Below are positions 18,368-28,900 of a stretch of DNA of 64,000 nt, piece by piece (position 1 is the first letter of the stretch; each line of letters begins with the position of its first letter). The notes under the pieces are model-generated. The model ran no database searches, was not told the origin of the DNA, and saw only the letters and a program-made list of their open reading frames with translations. Origin of the DNA: an uncultured Planctomycetota bacterium (lineage in GTDB: Bacteria > Planctomycetota > PUPC01); NCBI GenBank assembly GCA_964385685.1, contig CAYLQD010000001.1, positions 13,432-77,431 of the forward strand. Direction: 5' to 3'. Made by a program: the position numbers and the translations under genes.

Positions 18368-18396
18368 TTGACCCTTTCCGGCGGCGGTGTTACGAT
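18368..18396 (+). promoter_or_regulatory. sigma70-like promoter of the lipoprotein/phosphatase operon
   Basis: TTGACC (18368-18373), 17-nt spacer, TACGAT (18391-18396). SD ACGGAGAC before ATG 18425. Confidence 0.45.
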
Positions 18397-18424
18397 GTCC
18401 CTTGGTTGTTCACGGAGACACGCA

Positions 18425-18817
18425 ATGCGGGTCCGCATGCTCGGCGTTCTTCTGGCCGCCCTCGTCCTGGGCGGGTGCGCCTTCACGAATCCGGTCAACA
18501 CGCCGCTGCTGACGGCGCTCGACGGCGTCGTGCAGCCGGGATCCACCGAGGCGCAGATCGCTCTCGGCTCGGTCTTTGTGCCCGTGGGCGTCGGATGCGG
18601 CGCGCTCGACGTGGCCGTCGTGCATCCGATCCAGTCGCTCGGGTTCGCGGCGGAGGACACGCGGCGGGCCCTCTGGTCGGAGCCGGCGGACGACTTCTCG
18701 GAGGAGGTCGCTCTCGCGGTGCCCAAGGCCCTGTTCACGCCGGTTGTCTACGCCTTCTTCTGGGTCGGGGAGTCGCTGTTCGACCTCCGGCCGCAGGAAC
18801 GGAAGGGCGCGCAATGA
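18425..18817 (+). CDS. small lipoprotein
   Basis: Signal peptide with lipobox LVLGGC|A. Stop overlaps the next start (ATGA). Confidence 0.5.
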   Translation: MRVRMLGVLLAALVLGGCAFTNPVNTPLLTALDGVVQPGSTEAQIALGSVFVPVGVGCGALDVAVVHPIQSLGFAAEDTRRALWSEPADDFSEEVALAVPKALFTPVVYAFFWVGESLFDLRPQERKGAQ

Positions 18818-20085
18818 AACGCATTCTGATCATCACGGCTCTGGTCCTGTCGTGCTCGTCCTGCGCCTTCATGAATCGGCGCAATCGCCCTGCGATGAAC
18901 TTCTGCAGCGAACGCCTGATCCCAGAACACACGGCGGCAAAGGCCGCCACGGCCGTCCTCTGGGCGCCCGCCTGCCTGGTCGCCGGAGCCGCGGACGCCG
19001 TTCTGCTCCACCCCGTCTCCGTGATGGACGACGCCTGGTTCCAGACGCAGTCGCTCGTGTGGCAGCCGACGAACCGCGGCTACGTGACCGAGTGCGCCGT
19101 CTTCCCGCTGCGCGTCGCGGCGACCCCGCCGCTCTGGGCGCTCGACTTCGCGCGCCGCGCGGTGTTCGACGTGCCCCACTGGCCGCCCGCCCCGCATCGT
19201 CTCGAGCGCCTGCTGCTCGAGGAAAGCCCCAGCGTTCGCCTGCTCGTGCTGCGCGACCTCACGCCGAAGTCGTACACCGGCGACGACGCGGTCGCCGCGA
19301 CGACGGCGATTATCAAGGCGTGCAAGGCACACGCGAAAAACTTGACGTTCTGTGAGACCGCCATCGCGCGGATGCCCGCCCCGCTGACCGACGAGGCGCT
19401 CGCCTACCTCACCGAACTGGGCCGGACGGGGCGCGGGCGGCGCTGCGCGGCCGCGCTCTGGCAACTGTTTATGGGCTGCACGTACCGCGCGCGTGATGAC
19501 GCGGACGCCGCGCGTGTCGACAAGACGCTCGAGACGCTGTCCGGCGTGTACGACGATCTGGTGCAGAACGGGCACCGCGAGGCCGAGCTGTTCATCGCCG
19601 GGCGCGCCGGCTACTACGCGTCCCGGTCGTGGCGGGTCCGCGCATTCGCCCTTCATGTTGCCCGATCGCTCGCCCGCCGAAACTGGCCCGACTACGCGGA
19701 GCGTTCCGCCTTCACGGTGCAGGCCGCCCTTCTCGACAGTTCGGATGCGGCGCGGTTCGAGGCGATGGAACATGAATGGCGCGCCCTTCGTGTGCGTCTC
19801 AAGTGGCCGTCGGCGGTCAAGGACGCGGTCAAGCGGCTGCAATCCGCCCAGGGGGCTGGCTCGCTCCGCGCCATTCTCATCCGACAGCAGAACGCGCTCT
19901 CTGAGCAACTGCGGGCGACGGGCATCGGTGCGAAAGAGCGCCTGCAACTGAACGAGGGGCTCGTCGACATCAAGACGGCGCTCGATGCCGAGGAGATCGC
20001 CGAGCGGCTCGTCGCAAATCCAGATAACCTGCGGCTGTTCCTGGGCGACCCTCTGAAGCTCCTGGTCGAGAAAGGAGAGCCGTGA
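18814..20085 (+). CDS. lipoprotein of unknown function
   Basis: MKRILIITALVLSCSSC lipoprotein signal. 423 aa. No known domain recognised. Confidence 0.5.
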   Translation: MKRILIITALVLSCSSCAFMNRRNRPAMNFCSERLIPEHTAAKAATAVLWAPACLVAGAADAVLLHPVSVMDDAWFQTQSLVWQPTNRGYVTECAVFPLRVAATPPLWALDFARRAVFDVPHWPPAPHRLERLLLEESPSVRLLVLRDLTPKSYTGDDAVAATTAIIKACKAHAKNLTFCETAIARMPAPLTDEALAYLTELGRTGRGRRCAAALWQLFMGCTYRARDDADAARVDKTLETLSGVYDDLVQNGHREAELFIAGRAGYYASRSWRVRAFALHVARSLARRNWPDYAERSAFTVQAALLDSSDAARFEAMEHEWRALRVRLKWPSAVKDAVKRLQSAQGAGSLRAILIRQQNALSEQLRATGIGAKERLQLNEGLVDIKTALDAEEIAERLVANPDNLRLFLGDPLKLLVEKGEP

Positions 20086-20564
20086 GCGACAAGGAGCCCG
20101 ACGTGGAGGACGGCGGGCGGCTTCAATCGCCGCTCGGGGTCGGTGCGTTGGTGGGGGCCTCCGCCGGCGTGCTGCTGGTGGCGCTCCTGCGGCATTACGG
20201 CGCGCTGCCTCCGCCCGGCCTGCTGCGGGTGGCGGACCATTGGTACATCGAGGGATATGAACTGCCGGTGGCGCTTCTGACCGCCGGCGCCATCTGGTTG
20301 TTTTGCCCGGGCCGCGGCGTCGTGCATGGGCTGGCGGGCGCGGGGGCCGTGCTGCTGGGGATGCTGGCCGCCGACGTCTGCCGGGCTCTGAGCCACAATC
20401 CCCCGTGGGAGTGGCTCGACGCGCCGCGCTGGGTCGCGCGATCGTTCACTTGGGGTGGCTGGCCGAAGACGGTCCGGTATGTATTCGGCGTCTACCTGGG
20501 CTGGTATGTCTGCTCGAGCGGTCGCGCCGCCCCGGAGAAGGAGGCCCGCCGTGAGGCCGCATGA
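20082..20564 (+). CDS. hypothetical membrane protein
   Basis: GTG start overlapping the upstream stop (GTGA). Several hydrophobic helices. Confidence 0.45.
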   Translation: MSDKEPDVEDGGRLQSPLGVGALVGASAGVLLVALLRHYGALPPPGLLRVADHWYIEGYELPVALLTAGAIWLFCPGRGVVHGLAGAGAVLLGMLAADVCRALSHNPPWEWLDAPRWVARSFTWGGWPKTVRYVFGVYLGWYVCSSGRAAPEKEARREAA

Positions 20565-21501
20565 ACGCGCCCTGGTTCTGGCCCTGCTCGTCGCGCTGTC
20601 CGCCGCAAGCTCGGGCTGTGCCTGGCGCTGGGGGGCTGCGAAGAGCCAAGATGTCGCGGCCATGTCGGAACCGGAAGCGGGCTCGCTGCTGATTCGCGCT
20701 CGAAAGCACCTCTACGAAGACACCGACAAAGATCGGGACACCGCCGTTCGCCTGGCGGACTCCATCATCCTCAACTGCGATACCGAGCGCTACGTCTGGG
20801 AGGCCTTCGTGGTCAAGGCGTCGGCGTACGTCCAGGGCGGGTGGTACAACGACGCGCTGGCGACCGCCAAGCAGGGGGTGCACGCCATCCTGACACTGGA
20901 CCCGGGCCCTCTCAGTGGAGACTCCTGGACCGCCCTCCGAATGCTTGTGCCCCGCTACGTCGACGCCTTCGCCCTCGCCGACGCACACGAGGAGGGGATG
21001 GCGACGCTCGCCTCCTGGCGGAAGGAGCTTCTGGCCCGGCACGCCGGAGAGGGCCGCTGGGAACAGGACCGGCGTGAGGCCGTGGAGAACGCGTTCGCAC
21101 TCCTGACAGATATGGCCGAGCAATACGCCGCGTCGGAGGCGCGGGGCAGCTCGGCCAAAGCGACCGTGCTGGAGTACGTTCGCGTCTATAACCGAGCCGC
21201 CCCGGGCGACCTGCCGGCGCTGTTCGTCTCCGAGGACGAGTGGTCCCCGTCGGTTCGCCGTCTCCTCTCCGTCGACCCCGTGCAGGCGGGGCGCCCCGCC
21301 CGGCTCTACCTGTCTGGAGACGTCGAGGTGAAGCTCTCGTTGGATTCGCGGCACGCCTCCGCGTTAGGAGCTGAGGCCACCTGCGACATGATCTGCACGT
21401 CGGCGTCCGGTTGGGCCCGCCGGTTCCCGGGGGTCCGCTTCGTGCTCGTGCGCGGCGCCCGCGGCAGGTGGGTGATCGCCGACATCATCGGCCACCCGTA
21501 G
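20551..21501 (+). CDS. lipoprotein of unknown function
   Basis: GTG 20551 preceded by GGAGAAGGAGG SD. LSAASSGC|A lipobox. Confidence 0.5.
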   Translation: MRPHERALVLALLVALSAASSGCAWRWGAAKSQDVAAMSEPEAGSLLIRARKHLYEDTDKDRDTAVRLADSIILNCDTERYVWEAFVVKASAYVQGGWYNDALATAKQGVHAILTLDPGPLSGDSWTALRMLVPRYVDAFALADAHEEGMATLASWRKELLARHAGEGRWEQDRREAVENAFALLTDMAEQYAASEARGSSAKATVLEYVRVYNRAAPGDLPALFVSEDEWSPSVRRLLSVDPVQAGRPARLYLSGDVEVKLSLDSRHASALGAEATCDMICTSASGWARRFPGVRFVLVRGARGRWVIADIIGHP

Positions 21502-21514
21502 GACAGGATGTGTT

Positions 21515-22804
21515 ATGACCTCCTCTTCCCCCGACAGCTCGCCGCCGCTCGATGACGCCACGTCGGTCCAGGTGCTCATCAAAGAAAACCTGCCCGCGCT
21601 GGCCGCGGCCTGTCGGGCCGAGTTGCTCAAGCGGCCACGATTGGAGAAACTCGTCAAGCCGCTGCACATCGATCATTCCGAAGACTGGGTCCGACAGGCG
21701 GTTTCGCTGTTCGGCATGTGCATCGTGCAGTCCCAGGGCCCGGCGGCCGAGTGGCACGACGAGGTTGGCGGGCTCAACTTCGCCGCGGGGTTGAATGTCG
21801 CCGACGCGAACGTTTTCCTTAACATCCTCCGAAGCGCCGTTCTGCAGGTCGTGTGGGGCGCAGTCGATCGCGGCGCCTTCCCGCGGGAACGACAGGGCGG
21901 CCTGGTGCAGGCCGTGCTCGAGGCCTACGATCACGCAATGGCCCTCCAGGCCGAGGCCTACGTCCGCGAGGGTCAACGTCATCTCAGCGAAGTGAACCGC
22001 CAGCTTGAACTTCAGAAACAGACGATCGAACGCGACATCGCTCTGGCGGAACTGGTTCAGAAAAGCTTCATCCCCAAGTCCTTCCGTTCGCAATGCCTTC
22101 AAGCGGAAGTGCGATACGTTCCGACGACAGGAATCGGTGGCGACCACACCGGCATCTTCGGCTTGTCCCACGATCGCGTCTTCGTGAGTATCTACGACGT
22201 GACCGGGCACGGCATCGCATCGGCGCTCGTTGCTGAGATCATCAACTCGCAACTGCGGGCGCTCCTTCGTCAACAGGTCGACGCGACGTTCCAGTACTCG
22301 ACAGAACCGGTCGACATCATTCGCGAGTTGAACACGGTCGTGTACGAAGAGTTCCTGCCGCTCGGCATGCTCATCTCGTTCTTCGTCGCCTTTGTCGATA
22401 CGTCCGCAGGAACGCTCACGTATTCCGGCGCGGGCCATCCGCCCCCAATCCTGCAGTGCTGCTCTGCTCACAACCTTATCGAGCTTCGGTCGCAGAACGT
22501 GATGCTCGGCGCCGTTGAAGATTGCATTATTGGCGATGGACAAGATGTTGTGGAGTTACACAAGAACGACCGGGTCATCTTCTACACGGACGGGATCATT
22601 GAAGCGACTGACGGCCGGGCAGATCTGTGGGGAATTGACGGCCTGAAGGGGCTCGTTGAACAGCATTATGATTCGGCTCCCGCGGACCTGGCCGATGAGG
22701 TCCTCGCCGCAGCTACGGCGCGCTACCGGGGCACCAAAGGCGATGACATGTCGCTCATCCTTCTGGATGCAATCGACGACGGCCTTTCGTCCTGCCGCCA
22801 GTAG
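21515..22804 (+). CDS. PP2C-family (SpoIIE/RsbU-like) serine phosphatase with N-terminal sensor region
   Basis: GGDHTGIF, DVTGHGIASAL, YSGAGHPPP, FYTDGIIEA and DDMSLILL metal-binding motifs of PPM phosphatases. Confidence 0.8.
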   Translation: MTSSSPDSSPPLDDATSVQVLIKENLPALAAACRAELLKRPRLEKLVKPLHIDHSEDWVRQAVSLFGMCIVQSQGPAAEWHDEVGGLNFAAGLNVADANVFLNILRSAVLQVVWGAVDRGAFPRERQGGLVQAVLEAYDHAMALQAEAYVREGQRHLSEVNRQLELQKQTIERDIALAELVQKSFIPKSFRSQCLQAEVRYVPTTGIGGDHTGIFGLSHDRVFVSIYDVTGHGIASALVAEIINSQLRALLRQQVDATFQYSTEPVDIIRELNTVVYEEFLPLGMLISFFVAFVDTSAGTLTYSGAGHPPPILQCCSAHNLIELRSQNVMLGAVEDCIIGDGQDVVELHKNDRVIFYTDGIIEATDGRADLWGIDGLKGLVEQHYDSAPADLADEVLAAATARYRGTKGDDMSLILLDAIDDGLSSCRQ

Positions 22805-23176
22805 TGAGAAGAGATATTCTTTATATATATAGAAGAGTAGAAGTAGTATGAGAAAGAGGTGCGGGTTTTGGGGTTGAGCGGCAAGGCCAAAACATAACAG
22901 ACGAGTATAAAACAGGTTACAGCTTATGGGAGGGCGTGCGGGAACAGGGGATAACTCTCGGACGAGCGAGCAGAAGAACAGACGTACCCCCACCAAGGGG
23001 GACGAAAAGACACATCACGAGCAAAGTACCCGAGCAGTTTCCGAGTACACCCGGCCGTTATCCCCAGAATACCCACCGGGCTATCCACAAGAAGCTTGTG
23101 TGTTGTCTGCCCACAGTCAGCGACTCGTTTGCGGATTACTTGCGGGTGTCCGGGGATAAGTTGTGGACAGTTGCCG
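22805..23176. other. AT-rich non-coding region in a gene-convergence zone, with DnaA-box-like 9-mers and short repeats
   Basis: About 370 nt without a credible ORF. AT palindrome TCTTTATATATATAGAAGA, AGAAGAG purine repeats, four (A/G)TACCC repeats. TTATCCCCA, CTATCCACA, and inverted GGGGATAA / TGTGGACAG motifs. Confidence 0.4.
22983..23004 (-). terminator. possible rho-independent terminator downstream of uvrA
   Basis: GC hairpin CGTACCCCC-ACCAA-GGGGGACG. On the minus strand it is followed by UCUGUUCUUCUG, about 175 nt after the uvrA stop. Confidence 0.3.
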
Positions 23177-25981
23177 TCACGACAGGGCTTCTTTCAAGAA
23201 TCGCGCGGTATGGGATCCCCGTTTCCTGGCGAGCGACTCCGGCGGCCCCTCGGCCATGACGTTCCCGCCGGCCGCTCCGCCCTCGGGGCCGAGGTCGATA
23301 ATCCAGTCGGCGCACTTGATGACGTCGAGGTTATGCTCGATCGTGACGACCGTATTGCCGCGCGAAACCAGCCGATCCAGCACGCCCAGGAGCTTATTGA
23401 TGTCGGCGAAGTGAAGGCCCGTCGTGGGTTCGTCAAGAATGTAGAGCGTCATGCCGGTGGCCCGTTTCCCGAGTTCGGACGAGAGCTTCACGCGCTGCGC
23501 CTCGCCGCCACTCAATGTCGTGCTCGACTGGCCCAGGCGAACGTAGTCCATGCCGACGTCGGAGAGAGTCTGCAGGATTCGCTTGAGCGTCGGGATGTTC
23601 TCGAAGAGACCGAGCGCTTCTTCGACCGTCATGTCGAGCACGTCGGCGATGCTCTTGGCGCGGAAACGGACCTCGATGGTCTCGCGGTTGTAGCGGCGGC
23701 CGCCGCACTCCTCGCACGTCACGAAGATATCGGGGAGAAAGTGCATCTCGATTCGCTTGGTGCCCTGCCCCTCACACGCCTCGCAGCGGCCGCCCTTCAC
23801 GTTGAAGCTGAACCGGCCCGGCTTGTATCCGCGAACGCGCGCTTCTTTCGTTTGCGCGAACAGCTTCCGGATCTCCGTGAAGGCGCCGGTGTATGTGGCC
23901 GGGTTCGACCGCGGCGTGCGGCCGATCGGCGACTGGTCGATCTCGATCACCTTGTCGATTAAGTGGGTGCCGTCGATCCGCTTGTGCGGGCCGCCGCGGT
24001 CGCGCGCCCGGTGCAGCTCGTGGGCGAGCGCCTTGTGCAGCGTCTCCGTGATGAGCGAACTCTTGCCGGAGCCCGAGACCCCGGTGACACACACAAACAC
24101 GCCGAGCGGAATGGCGACGTCGATGGTCTTCAGGTTGTTCAGGCTGGCCCCGCGGACGACGAGAGCGCGGTCGCCATCGATGGGCCGGCGGCTTTCCGGG
24201 ACGGGGATGGACAGCGCCCCGCTGAGGTACTTGCCGGTGATGGAGGCGGCGGAGCGGGCGACCTGGTCGGGAGAGCCGGCCGCGATGACGAGGCCGCCGT
24301 GCTCGCCGGCGCCGGGGCCCAGGTCGATCACGTGGTCGGCCGCGCGGATTGTCGCTTCGTCGTGCTCGACGACAATGACGGTGTTGCCGAGGCCCTGGAG
24401 CCGTCGCAGGGTGTGGAGCAGTTTCTCGTTGTCGCGCTGGTGCAGCCCGATGCTCGGTTCGTCGAGCACGTAGCAGACCCCCACGAGGCCGGAGCCGACC
24501 TGTGTCGCGAGGCGAATCCGTTGCGCCTCGCCGCCCGCGAGGGTGCCGCTCGACCGATCCAGCGTCAGGTAGTTCAGGCCGACGTCGGCGAGGAAGCGGA
24601 GCCGCTCGCGAATCTCCTTCAGGAGTTGCCGCGCGATGACGCGCCGCTCCTTGTTGAACGTCAAGCCGGCGAAGAAGTCGACGGCCTCGGCCACGGAGAG
24701 CGCGGAGATCGCGCTGATCGACCGGCCCCCGACCTGGACCGCGAGGGACTCCGGCCGGAGCCGCGCCCCGTCACACGCCGTGCATGGCAGCACGCTCATG
24801 TACTCGAGGATGCGCTGCTTGACGGAGTCGCTCTCGCTGTGCTCGAAGCGGTATTGGAGGACGGGGATCACGCCCTCGAAGGTCGCCGCATGCCCTTCCT
24901 CGATCTTCGGGGTCGACCCCTGCAGGAGGACCCGCTGCTGCCAGCGCGGCAGCTTGTTGAACGGCGTGGACAGCGACGCGCCGAACTCGACGGCCGCGCG
25001 CCGCAGGCGGCGCGTATACCACACGGGCATGCCGGGGCCGGGCTTGAGGGCCTCGACCGCGCCTTCGGCGAGCGTGCGACGCGGGTCGGGCACGACAAGC
25101 TCCGGATCGATCTCGAGGCACGTTCCCAGACCGGCGCAGACGGGGCACGCGCCGTACGGGCTGTTGAACGAGAACATCCGCGGCGTCATCTCTTCGAGCG
25201 AGGTGCCGCACTCCGGGCAGGCGTAGAGTTCGCTGTAGAGCGTGTCCTCCCACGTCTCTCCGCGCTCGACGGAGACAATGATCAGGCCGCCCCCGAGCCG
25301 GAGGGCCGCCTCGACGGAGTCCTGGAGCCGCGCGCCGAGGCGGGGCTTGACGACGAGCCGGTCGACGACGACCTCGATCGTGTGCTGGGTCTTCTTGTTC
25401 AGCTTCGGCGGGCGGTCAAGCTCGATCAGCTTGCCGTCGACGCGCGCGCGGACATATCCCTCACGTTTTGCGCGGACGAACACCTCGCGATGCTCGCCCT
25501 TCCGGCCGCGGATGAGGGGAGCGAGTATGATGATCCGCGATCCGGCCTCGAGCGCGCGCGCGGCGTCGGCGATCTGCTGAGCCGTCTGCCGCGCGATCGG
25601 CCGTCCGCAAAGATGGCAGTGCGGATCGCCGGCCCGCGCGAACAGCAGCCGGAGATAGTCGTAGATCTCGGTCGTCGTCGCGACGGTCGAGCGCGGGTTG
25701 GCCGCAGCCGACCGCTGCTCGATGGAGATCGTCGGCGGCAGGCCCTCGACCGATTCGACATCGGGCTTCTGCATTTGTTCGAGGAACTGGCGCGCGTAGG
25801 CGGACAAGCTTTCGACGTACCGCCGCTGCCCCTCGGCGAAGACCGTGTCGAACGCGAGTGAGGACTTGCCGGACCCGCTGATGCCCGTGATGACGACGAG
25901 CTTGTCGCGGGGGATAGCGACATCGATATTCTTGAGGTTATGCTCGCGGGCGCCGTGGATGTGTATGAACTTGTCGGCCAC
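23177..25981 (-). CDS. uvrA: excinuclease ABC subunit A
   Basis: Two ABC ATPase modules ([20 protein letters not shown]), zinc-finger Cys pairs, 935 aa from probable GTG 25981 ([16 protein letters not shown]-terminus). ORF reaches 26161. Confidence 0.9.
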   Translation of the reverse strand: MADKFIHIHGAREHNLKNIDVAIPRDKLVVITGISGSGKSSLAFDTVFAEGQRRYVESLSAYARQFLEQMQKPDVESVEGLPPTISIEQRSAAANPRSTVATTTEIYDYLRLLFARAGDPHCHLCGRPIARQTAQQIADAARALEAGSRIIILAPLIRGRKGEHREVFVRAKREGYVRARVDGKLIELDRPPKLNKKTQHTIEVVVDRLVVKPRLGARLQDSVEAALRLGGGLIIVSVERGETWEDTLYSELYACPECGTSLEEMTPRMFSFNSPYGACPVCAGLGTCLEIDPELVVPDPRRTLAEGAVEALKPGPGMPVWYTRRLRRAAVEFGASLSTPFNKLPRWQQRVLLQGSTPKIEEGHAATFEGVIPVLQYRFEHSESDSVKQRILEYMSVLPCTACDGARLRPESLAVQVGGRSISAISALSVAEAVDFFAGLTFNKERRVIARQLLKEIRERLRFLADVGLNYLTLDRSSGTLAGGEAQRIRLATQVGSGLVGVCYVLDEPSIGLHQRDNEKLLHTLRRLQGLGNTVIVVEHDEATIRAADHVIDLGPGAGEHGGLVIAAGSPDQVARSAASITGKYLSGALSIPVPESRRPIDGDRALVVRGASLNNLKTIDVAIPLGVFVCVTGVSGSGKSSLITETLHKALAHELHRARDRGGPHKRIDGTHLIDKVIEIDQSPIGRTPRSNPATYTGAFTEIRKLFAQTKEARVRGYKPGRFSFNVKGGRCEACEGQGTKRIEMHFLPDIFVTCEECGGRRYNRETIEVRFRAKSIADVLDMTVEEALGLFENIPTLKRILQTLSDVGMDYVRLGQSSTTLSGGEAQRVKLSSELGKRATGMTLYILDEPTTGLHFADINKLLGVLDRLVSRGNTVVTIEHNLDVIKCADWIIDLGPEGGAAGGNVMAEGPPESLARKRGSHTARFLKEALS

Positions 25982-25992
25982 CGCTCTCGTAC

Positions 25993-28900
25993 CTATCGGG
26001 CGCCGGTTCCGGCGCGCCCGGGCCTGATGTAGTGATCCTCGAGTTCCGCGATGAGCTGCCTGAAGCGTTCCCTGAAGGTCGCCTGAGCCAGGCCCGAGCC
26101 CAGGAGCGTCGCCATGCGCCGGTCGGGCGGCTGGATACGGGTCAGGACCGCGAGGTAGCACTCGTCGGTGCGGTTGCCGGGCACGAAGGGCCCGCCGACC
26201 TCGGCCAGCCGCAGCGACAGGAGTTCGTTCATGGTGCGGTAGCGGAACATCATCTGCGGATAGTAGCGAATCTGTCGCGCGATCTGCTGGAGGCCCGGGA
26301 TGCTCACCGGGCCCGTGTCTTGCACCCCCAGCGGCTCGACGTGGAACGTGTCTACCTTGAAGTCCGCGGCGGCGGCCTGCATGGCGGCCAGAGATGGCGG
26401 CGAGGCGAGCTTCGCCCGGACCTGCTCCGCCAGGGCCTTCGCCATGTCCAAGCCGCGGATTCGGGCGACGTCTTCGCGCACCCGTTCCTCGACGTCCTCG
26501 AACGGAGGCGCGCCGGCCGCGAGGACCTTGGTGACTCGCACGATCATCGGCCCGTCCAGCGTGCGCAGGACCGGGCTCGTGTCGCCCTCCTTGGCGGCCC
26601 CGAGGAATGCGTCGAGGCCCGGCACGCCGCGGAGCGGCGGTGCCGCATCGGGGCCGGGCTCGTGCTTCACGGAGTGGGTCCGCAGCTTCTTGAGATCCTT
26701 GGCGATCTCGTCGAGCGGGCGCTTCGCGTCTTTCGCGACGACGGCCGCCGCCTCCTCGAAGAGATCGTTCGCCTCCGTCCTGCTTCGGTGTGTCTTGAGT
26801 TGCCCGACGACGTCATTGCGGACAACCTGGAGGGACAGGTAGGCCCCGGGGTTCTTCCGGTCGGGGAATCGGTGCAGAAGCTGCTCGTAAGCCGCGGCGA
26901 CAGCGTCGTCGTCGGGCGAGATATCCGCCTTGATCTTCGCGCTGTCCGGGCGGAGGCACTCAAGCTCGAAGCGGCGGGGCCGGGCGTAGTCGGCCTTGTG
27001 CGCGTTATAGTGGGCCTTCGCGTCTTCGCCGCTGACGGTTTGCATTGGCGAGAAGAGCGCCGCATCGACGCGGATGTAGTCGACCTTGACCACGCGATTC
27101 TTCCTGGCCTCGCGCACGCGGGCGAGCTGCAAAACGGACGGGCTCTTGACGACCGCGGTCGGCCGGCCGGGCTCCGTCGCCAGGACGGCGTCGCGGAGCG
27201 CCTCGGTGACGAAGGGCTGCTCGGCGGCTCGTTCCTTGTCGAAGAACGGGGTCGTCTGCACGCTCGGCGCGAAGGGCAGGTCTTCGGCCAACTCGGGGCG
27301 CGCGAGCGCGTCGCCGAGGGACGTGCCCGGATGCGCGGCGAGGTAGGCGCGGACCTTATTCAAGGCGGCCTCGGCGCGGGCGGCCAGGAGCGCTTCGCGC
27401 GCGGCCCGGCGCACCCCCACGAGGGCGTCCTTCAGTTCGGGGATCCGGCTGTCCTTCTTCTCGAAGACGCGGAAGAGCGCCCATCCGTTTCCGGTGAGTA
27501 CGGGCTCGCTCAGAACCCCGTCCGGGGCTTCGGTGATGGCTTTCACGAGCGCGGGCGCGAATCCGACCCGCGGGACCACGACGTCGTCCGCGGCCAGAGG
27601 TGGGGTCGTGCCGGAAACAAGGGGCAGTTTCGCGTTCGCAGCCGCCACCTGAGCGAGCGGGATGGGCTTGGCCGTCGCGGCCATGCGGGCCGCCGCGATC
27701 ATCTGTTGGGCGCCGCCCGAGGTTGCGTGTCTTCTCGCCAGTTCGGCACGGATCTCCCGCTGCAGCGCGCGGTCGAGTTCCCGGTCCTTGTACGTCGTCG
27801 TGGCGCGCTCCTGGAAGTAGGCCTCGACGTCCTTCCCGGGGATGTTCTTCTTGAAGAGGCGGGCGACCTCGTCGAACGACACGAACAAAAACTCCGCGCG
27901 GGCCCGCGCGGGCTCGCGGAACTCCTCGCGATGCGCCTCGTAATACTCGGCCGCTTCGCCCTCGTTGACCTTGACGGACAGCGGATCGTACGCGTTGGGG
28001 TCCGTCGGGTCGACGGAAACGAACTCGATCTTGCGCTCGTCGCGGGTCTCCTCTTCGGCCAGATGCAGGATGGCGGCGGCCGATTTGTCGGTGAGCACGG
28101 CGCTGAGGTCGCCTTTCTTGAGGGCGAAGGCGGCCTTGACGATCCCTGGATTGCCGCCGAGGAGGAAGTCATCGTCGATATGGAAGAAACCGGAGGTCGC
28201 GGCATCGAGCGAGGCCGTCCTCGGGATACGGAGCGGGTTGGCCTTGAAGTGCTCGCGGAACACCTCGCTGAGTCGGAGCGCGAGATACTCGTTGTACCGG
28301 GCCTCGAAGTCGCCGCGCTTCCATTCCTCGATGAGTTCGGCCTCGGCCTGCTTGACCTGGTCCTCGGTCGGTTCGGGCTTCGGCTTGTCGTCGTCGGTGT
28401 CCTCGGCCTTGGTTTCTTTCTCGAGGGCGGCGTCGCGGATGGCCCGTGCCCGCTCGTCGATGGCGTTATTGGCTGGCGGGACGACGGCCGTGAATTCCTT
28501 CGGCGTGAGGCGGACGAACTCGATTGTCTGGGTTCGGGTTTCCGGGTCGGGATTGGCGACGGCGGCGGTGTAGTACGTCTCGCCTTCTCGAGCCATGGGG
28601 ATAATGGTGCCGGGCGCGGCGTCTTTGACGCGCCGCACGAGCGCCGGCGGGATGGCCGCGGCCCCGTCGCCGGCCGTCTTAACGGCCGTGGCCTTGAGGG
28701 CGAGTTTGTTTTCGGCGGCGACGGCGGCGAGAAACGCGCGGGCGATATCGACACGGATCTGTTGGGCCGCGTCGCGGGCCCTGTCGACGGCTCGCGCGTG
28801 GCGGAAGTCGCGAGTCACCCTTGCTTCCAGCCGCGGGCTGAGGGTCGAGTATACGATACTGTGGGGACCGCGGTACGCCATCACGCGGAAGGCGAACATC

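Noticed and set aside
22805-23176. Chromosomal replication origin (oriC) because of DnaA-box-like 9-mers and an AT tract.
   Set aside because: Flanking genes converge on this region rather than diverge from it, and no dnaA or dnaN is nearby. The long co-oriented ribosomal super-operon implies forks pass through in one direction. Kept only as a terminus or regulatory candidate.
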